64,000 nucleotides of DNA, taken from Acidimicrobiia bacterium (GTDB taxonomy: Bacteria; Actinomycetota; Acidimicrobiia; Spongiisociales; UBA11373). This document shows positions 59,396-64,000 of this stretch, in pieces. The translations under genes were made by a program, and so were the position numbers. Location of the stretch: contig JBBDMM010000016.1 in assembly GCA_040878325.1 (NCBI GenBank), positions 124,001 to 188,000 on the forward strand, in the 5' to 3' direction. The notes beneath the pieces are model-generated. The model worked only from the letters and a program-made list of their open reading frames with translations. It was not told where the DNA came from and did no database searches. Position 1 is the first letter of the stretch, and the number at the start of each line of letters is the position of its first letter.

Positions 59396-59594
59396 CCAGA
59401 GAGAACCCAACTTGCGGGGTGCTTACACGAGAGAGCACCAACCCGGCCAGGGTGGTGACTTCGGGTGAGCGACCTCCAAGAGGACGGCTACGCCAGACCG
59501 AACTCCAGCCCCGGCCGGGTGAGTTCGCGGCGTGAGGGCCCGCCGCCGACGCCATGGATCCGGCTCCAGGACTCCGATTCGGCCACCTCGAGGC

Positions 59595-60473
59595 TCAGCT
59601 CACGTAGTCCTCGAGGACGATGCCGATCGACATCGATTCGACGATCTCTCGATCTCCCAAAGGCTCAGGCAGCTCGACCGTATAGGCGGTCTCGGGATTG
59701 CCCGGACACGATTGGGCACTGTGTTGACTCTCGGCGGCAAAGGCAAGCCTCACCTCGGTTTCCGTCATCACCACCTGATGACCGACGAACCGATCACCCA
59801 TCGGCAGGCCGCTCGCACACGCCGCCTCGGTCAACAACACAACTAACTCTGTGGTATCCGGTCCTGGCTCGGGAGCCGACGGATCAAGGCGCCACCTGAC
59901 CACGTTCAAGCCTTCCGGCAAGGCGTATTGAAGGTCGCAGCGGCTTCCGCTGATGGACGAGCCGCCCCACTTCCACACGCCGCTCTCCCGGGAGAGACGC
60001 ATGTATGCCAGGGTTCCGTTCGCTCGCGCCACAAGGGTCGCCCGATCCTCGGCCTGATAGAGCAACTGCCAACCGTCCTGGGGCCAATGCCCCATCAAAC
60101 CCTCCTCGCTGCTCAAGAAGGGCTCGATCGCAGCCAGCATCCCGTCCGGGTCGTCTGGGGCGATCAGCTCTATCTCGTAGATGGCACCAAGCGGAAACAC
60201 GGATGCGCCCTGACACCCGACCATGAGGTCGGGCGGGTACCCGCCGTTCTCATCCGGCGGGACGATCACGTCGAGGTCTCCCATCGAGATGAAGCTCGGG
60301 GAACTGGTGGTGGTAGTGCTCGCCGCCGTTGAGGTCGTGGGCGTGCTGGTCGAGGCGTCCAATGCCAGAGTGTCTGCCGTCGTGGTGTCCACACCCCCGT
60401 CCGGGAAACCGGCACAGGCGACAACGATCAAGGACGATGCGGTGAGCACCATCCAACGTCCTCGCATTTGCAT
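59595..60473 (-). CDS. Hypothetical lipoprotein
   Basis: Lipobox IVVAC, Thr-rich linker, paired Cys in the C-terminal domain (EAACASG...CPGNP). Confidence 0.7.
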   Translation of the reverse strand: MQMRGRWMVLTASSLIVVACAGFPDGGVDTTTADTLALDASTSTPTTSTAASTTTTSSPSFISMGDLDVIVPPDENGGYPPDLMVGCQGASVFPLGAIYEIELIAPDDPDGMLAAIEPFLSSEEGLMGHWPQDGWQLLYQAEDRATLVARANGTLAYMRLSRESGVWKWGGSSISGSRCDLQYALPEGLNVVRWRLDPSAPEPGPDTTELVVLLTEAACASGLPMGDRFVGHQVVMTETEVRLAFAAESQHSAQSCPGNPETAYTVELPEPLGDREIVESMSIGIVLEDYVS

Positions 60474-60722
60474 GGTGCTGTGACGCTACCTCAGATGGGG
60501 TTCTACGACCGATGAGGCTCGATGCCCAGCGACCCACCCCGACTCGGGATCGTCTCTCGGCATGCGTACCGTGGGAGGGATTAAGCGACAGCACCACCTA
60601 GCCCTCCTCCGCGGGGTGGGGGCGGCGCGGCCATGAGTCGTTCGCTATTGTCCCGATCTCGCGCACCTCGTGCGCCCGGAGGGGTGGGTCTTGGAACCTG
60701 GCTGGCGCAGCGCGGCGGTCGC

Positions 60723-61784
60723 ATGACCACCTCAGCGGTCTCCCTCGAAGAACTCAGCAAGCGCTTCGGCGATGTCGTCGCCGTGGATGGCGTGTCTCTC
60801 GAGATCGAAGATGGCGAGTTCTTCTCGCTGCTCGGCCCGTCCGGATCGGGCAAGACCACCTGCCTGCGCATGATCGCCGGGTTCGAAGAGCCCACCTCGG
60901 GCAGGGTGCTGCTTCACGGTTCCGACGTCACGGGGCTGGCCCCCTACCAGCGAGACGTGAACACGGTGTTCCAGGACTACGCCCTGTTCCCCCACATGAC
61001 GGTGGCCGCGAATGTCGGTTATGGCCTGATGGTGCGCGGCGTCGACAGAATGGAGCGGGCCGCCAAGGTGGCCGAAGCCCTGGACTTGGTTCACCTCGGA
61101 GCACTCGGTGAGCGCAAGCCGGGCCAGCTCTCCGGGGGCCAACGGCAGCGGGTGGCCCTGGCTCGGGCGCTGATCAACCGACCCAGGGTGATCCTGCTCG
61201 ACGAGCCCCTGGGTGCCCTCGACCTCAAGCTGCGCCACGCCATGCAGATCGAGTTGAAGTCGATCCAGCGCGACGTCGGCATCACCTTCATCTACGTGAC
61301 CCACGATCAGGAGGAGGCGCTGAACATGAGCGACCGCCTCGCGGTCTTCAACCACGGCCGCATCGAACAGGTAGGACCACCGCAGCAGGTGTACGAGACA
61401 CCCCGAACCGCCTTCGTTGCCGGGTTCGTCGGCGTCTCCAATGTCGTTCCCGCCCACCTCGCCATGGCGCTCACCGGGCGCGCCGGGGCTTTCACCATCC
61501 GCCCGGAGAAGATCTCGCTACACGTTGCCGCGGCGCCCCCAGCAGATGCCGCAACCTGCGACGTGAGCGGAACAGTGGTCGACGTGATCTACCTCGGCAT
61601 GTTCACAAGATATGCCGTCGAGGTCGATCATGCCACCACCCTCGAGGTGGTTCGGCAGAACCTCGATGCGGCCCACCGGGAACGGGGGCTCCTCGGAGCC
61701 ACCGTCCACCTGCAGTGGGCGCGCGAGTCCTGTCGGTACCTCTCCGAGGGATCAACGGAGGAAGACGAAGGAGGAACGAAATGA
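60723..61784 (+). CDS. ABC transporter ATP-binding protein (PotA/YdcT-like)
   Basis: [33 protein letters not shown] domain; ATG 60723. Confidence 0.93.
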   Translation: MTTSAVSLEELSKRFGDVVAVDGVSLEIEDGEFFSLLGPSGSGKTTCLRMIAGFEEPTSGRVLLHGSDVTGLAPYQRDVNTVFQDYALFPHMTVAANVGYGLMVRGVDRMERAAKVAEALDLVHLGALGERKPGQLSGGQRQRVALARALINRPRVILLDEPLGALDLKLRHAMQIELKSIQRDVGITFIYVTHDQEEALNMSDRLAVFNHGRIEQVGPPQQVYETPRTAFVAGFVGVSNVVPAHLAMALTGRAGAFTIRPEKISLHVAAAPPADAATCDVSGTVVDVIYLGMFTRYAVEVDHATTLEVVRQNLDAAHRERGLLGATVHLQWARESCRYLSEGSTEEDEGGTK

Positions 61785-62959
61785 CCAAGCGCCGAATTCT
61801 GGCGCTGGTGACGGTCATCGCCATGATGGCGGCGGCCTGCGGCGACGACGATGCCGGACCCGGTGGTCCGCTCACCGAAATCGGTGACGGTGAAGGTGCC
61901 GTGTCGATCATCGCCTGGGCGGGCTACATCGAGCGCGGCGACACGGATCCCAGCTTCGACTGGGTAACCCAGTTCGAGGCGGACACCGGTTGCATGGTGA
62001 CCGTGAAGACCGCGGCTACCTCGGACGAGATGGTCGCCCTGATGCAGGGCTCCAACGACTTCGACCTGGTCACGGCTTCGGGCGACGCCAGCCTCCGGCT
62101 CATTGCCGGCGGCACCGTTCAGGAAGTGAACACCGACCTCATCGAGTCGTGGGGCGACGTCGACCCGCGCCTCCAGGAGGCCCCGTGGCACTTCGTCGAC
62201 GGCGCCCACTACGGCGTGCCGTACCAGTGGGGCTCGAATGTGCTCATGTACAACACTGAGGTGTTCGGGGACACGCCCCCGACCTCGTGGAACGTGGTGT
62301 TCGAGGAAGTGACCTTGCCCGACGGGGCGAGCAACGCGGGACGGGTCGAAGCCTACGACGGGCCGATCTACATCGCAGACGCTGCGCTCTACCTGATGCA
62401 TCACCAGCCCGAGCTGGGGATCACCGATCCCTACGCGCTGAACCGTGCCCAGTTCAAAGCAGCGCTCGACCTGATGCGCCAGCAGCGGGAGTTGGTGTTC
62501 CGGTACTGGCATGACGCGTTCGTACAGATGGACGACTTCACCACTGAGGGTGTGGTCGCGTCCAGTTCGTGGCCGTTCCAGGTGAACATCCTGGCAGCGG
62601 GCGGTGCCCCCATTTCGAGCGTGATCCCAGTGGAGGGGGCCACCGGATGGGCCGACACCACGATGATGCACGCGAACGCCCCGCACCCGAACTGCGCCTA
62701 CATGTGGATGGAGTGGTCACTGAACCCCCAGGTCCAGGGTGACCTGGCCGCCTGGTTCGGTTCGGTGCCAGCCAACCTCAGCGCCTGCACGGGCAATGCG
62801 CTACTCGGCGACACGGGTTGTGCGACCAACGGCGAGGGGAACTTCGACCAGATCCATTTCTGGAAGACGCCTCAGGCCGACTGCTTTGGTTTGGGAGGCG
62901 AGTGCGTCCCCTACCACGAGTGGGTTACCCAATCGGTCGCCGTCATCGGCGGCCGGTAA
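61781..62959 (+). CDS. ABC transporter substrate-binding lipoprotein (YdcS/PotD-like)
   Basis: Lipobox AAAC, IAWAGYIE, TASGDAS, GVPYQWG, EGATGWAD, FWKTP. Confidence 0.92.
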   Translation: MTKRRILALVTVIAMMAAACGDDDAGPGGPLTEIGDGEGAVSIIAWAGYIERGDTDPSFDWVTQFEADTGCMVTVKTAATSDEMVALMQGSNDFDLVTASGDASLRLIAGGTVQEVNTDLIESWGDVDPRLQEAPWHFVDGAHYGVPYQWGSNVLMYNTEVFGDTPPTSWNVVFEEVTLPDGASNAGRVEAYDGPIYIADAALYLMHHQPELGITDPYALNRAQFKAALDLMRQQRELVFRYWHDAFVQMDDFTTEGVVASSSWPFQVNILAAGGAPISSVIPVEGATGWADTTMMHANAPHPNCAYMWMEWSLNPQVQGDLAAWFGSVPANLSACTGNALLGDTGCATNGEGNFDQIHFWKTPQADCFGLGGECVPYHEWVTQSVAVIGGR

Positions 62960-62973
62960 CCCGGTCACAAGGG

Positions 62974-63005
62974 GGAGAGGGGGGCCCTGTGGGCCCCCCC
63001 TCTCC
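62974..63005 (+). other. Intercistronic GC-rich hairpin after the binding-protein gene
   Basis: ggagaggggggccc-tgt-gggccccccctctcc, with no U tract. Confidence 0.6.
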
Positions 63006-63013
63006 ACTCCCCA

Positions 63014-63946
63014 ATGGTCATCGAATCCACCAACGTCGGACGCATCGGCCGGATCTCGGGAGCGCTGCATCGCCGCCCGGGCCTTCGGCTGCTGCTCCTG
63101 CTGGGATTGCCCGCGCTATGGCTGGTCGGCGTGTACGGAGGATCGTTGCTCGCTCTCCTGTGGCAGTCCTTCTTCAGCCTCGACGAGTTCTCCGGCAATG
63201 TGAACCGCGACCTGACTCTGGAGACCTGGGGCGACCTATTCACCGATTCCAACATTTCGATCGCGATACGGACGTTGAGCATGGCGACCGCGGTCACCAT
63301 CGGCGCTGCCGTCATCGCCTTCCCCATCGCCTACTACACGGTCCGCTACGCCGGCCCGAGGCTACGCGCCGCGTTCTTCGTCCTAATCCTGATCCCGCTG
63401 TGGTCGTCCTATCTGGTCCGGGTCTACGCGTGGAAGCTGATCCTTGCCCGTGAGGGCATTCTGTTCTGGTTCGTCGACACGCTCGGACTCAACTTCCTGC
63501 TAGACGCGGCCCTATCCGCCCCGGGGATCGGGGGCCCGTCGCTGAGCGCCTCGGCACTCGGTCAATTCTTCGTGTTCACTTACATCTGGCTGCCCTACAT
63601 GATCCTGCCGGTTTACACCGCGCTCGAGCGAGTGCCACGCTCCTACCTGGAGGCCTCCGCCGACCTCGGAGCCCGACCAGCGCAGACGTTCCGCACCGTG
63701 ATCTGGCCGCTCGCCATCCCCGGTATCGCCGCCGGATCGATCTTCACCTTCTCCCTCACCCTGGGCGACTACATCATTCCCACGATCATCGGGGACTCCT
63801 CGCCGTTCATCGGGTTGGCCATCTATTCATATCAGGGCGTGGCCGGGAACCTGCCGCTAGCGGCGGCCTTCTCGTTCGTCCCGATCGTGATCATGGTGAT
63901 CTACCTGATCCTGGCCCGCCGGGCCGGAGCATTCGACGCGCTATGA
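63014..63946 (+). CDS. ABC transporter permease (YdcU/PotB-like)
   Basis: PLWSSYLVRVYAW, EAA loop LEASADLGA, TLGDY. Confidence 0.92.
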   Translation: MVIESTNVGRIGRISGALHRRPGLRLLLLLGLPALWLVGVYGGSLLALLWQSFFSLDEFSGNVNRDLTLETWGDLFTDSNISIAIRTLSMATAVTIGAAVIAFPIAYYTVRYAGPRLRAAFFVLILIPLWSSYLVRVYAWKLILAREGILFWFVDTLGLNFLLDAALSAPGIGGPSLSASALGQFFVFTYIWLPYMILPVYTALERVPRSYLEASADLGARPAQTFRTVIWPLAIPGIAAGSIFTFSLTLGDYIIPTIIGDSSPFIGLAIYSYQGVAGNLPLAAAFSFVPIVIMVIYLILARRAGAFDAL

Positions 63947-64000
63947 GTACCCGCAGACCGCGCATCCGCAGGCACTTCGGGCTCCGCCTCTCCACCTGGG
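63943..64000 (+). CDS. Start of a probable second ABC permease (truncated by the window end)
   Basis: ATGA overlap with the previous stop; MSTRRPRIRRHFGLRLSTW; expected operon position. Confidence 0.6.
   Translation, partial: MSTRRPRIRRHFGLRLSTW

Noticed and set aside
48577..60473. Block as a mobile genomic island
   Set aside because: The content looks accessory and the codon usage seems slightly less GC3-biased by eye, but there are no mobility genes or boundary repeats, and composition was not computed.
60480..60722. Riboswitch upstream of the ABC transporter
   Set aside because: GC-rich pairing is possible, but no recognisable aptamer consensus was seen.

Overview
High-GC actinobacterial chromosome segment, probably Acidimicrobiia-like (inferred from WhiB1, DUF3107, an F420-dependent LLM enzyme and the argS-hom-thrC...rho-rpmE-prfA order). 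It contains one 100-N assembly gap (8313-8412). About 64 CDSs and one tRNA-Arg(CCG) are supported. No integrase, transposase, phage genes or CRISPR array were seen. 1-8.2 kb is a core housekeeping block in which hom has lost its whole catalytic domain in frame. 8.5-48.5 kb is mixed: Ku plus a ligase-only LigD, WhiB1 with a perfect CRP box, a Cys-free Mrp, LemA/DUF2207, aconitase, RlmN/Bcp, VanW, LCP, a Rieske oxygenase and KhtTU. 48.5-60.5 kb is a stress/signalling block (ferritin-like protein, GT4 + alpha-helical enzyme + GH130, RRM protein, GAF-GGDEF-EAL + two GAF-ANTAR, multicopper oxidase), followed by a YdcSTUV/Pot-like ABC transporter. The best candidates for undescribed biology are: (i) a pair of degenerate membrane HD-GYP genes, divergent from a LeuA-regulatory-like protein, with a highly structured intergenic region (18-bp inverted repeats, sigma-28-like boxes, a possible 18-aa peptide); (ii) a three-gene operon that couples paralogous GAF domains to c-di-GMP turnover and ANTAR RNA binding; (iii) two intergenic repeat families (7-nt tandem arrays and 6-nt-periodic palindromes); (iv) the minimised hom. 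All family assignments come from motif recognition by eye. No searches were run.
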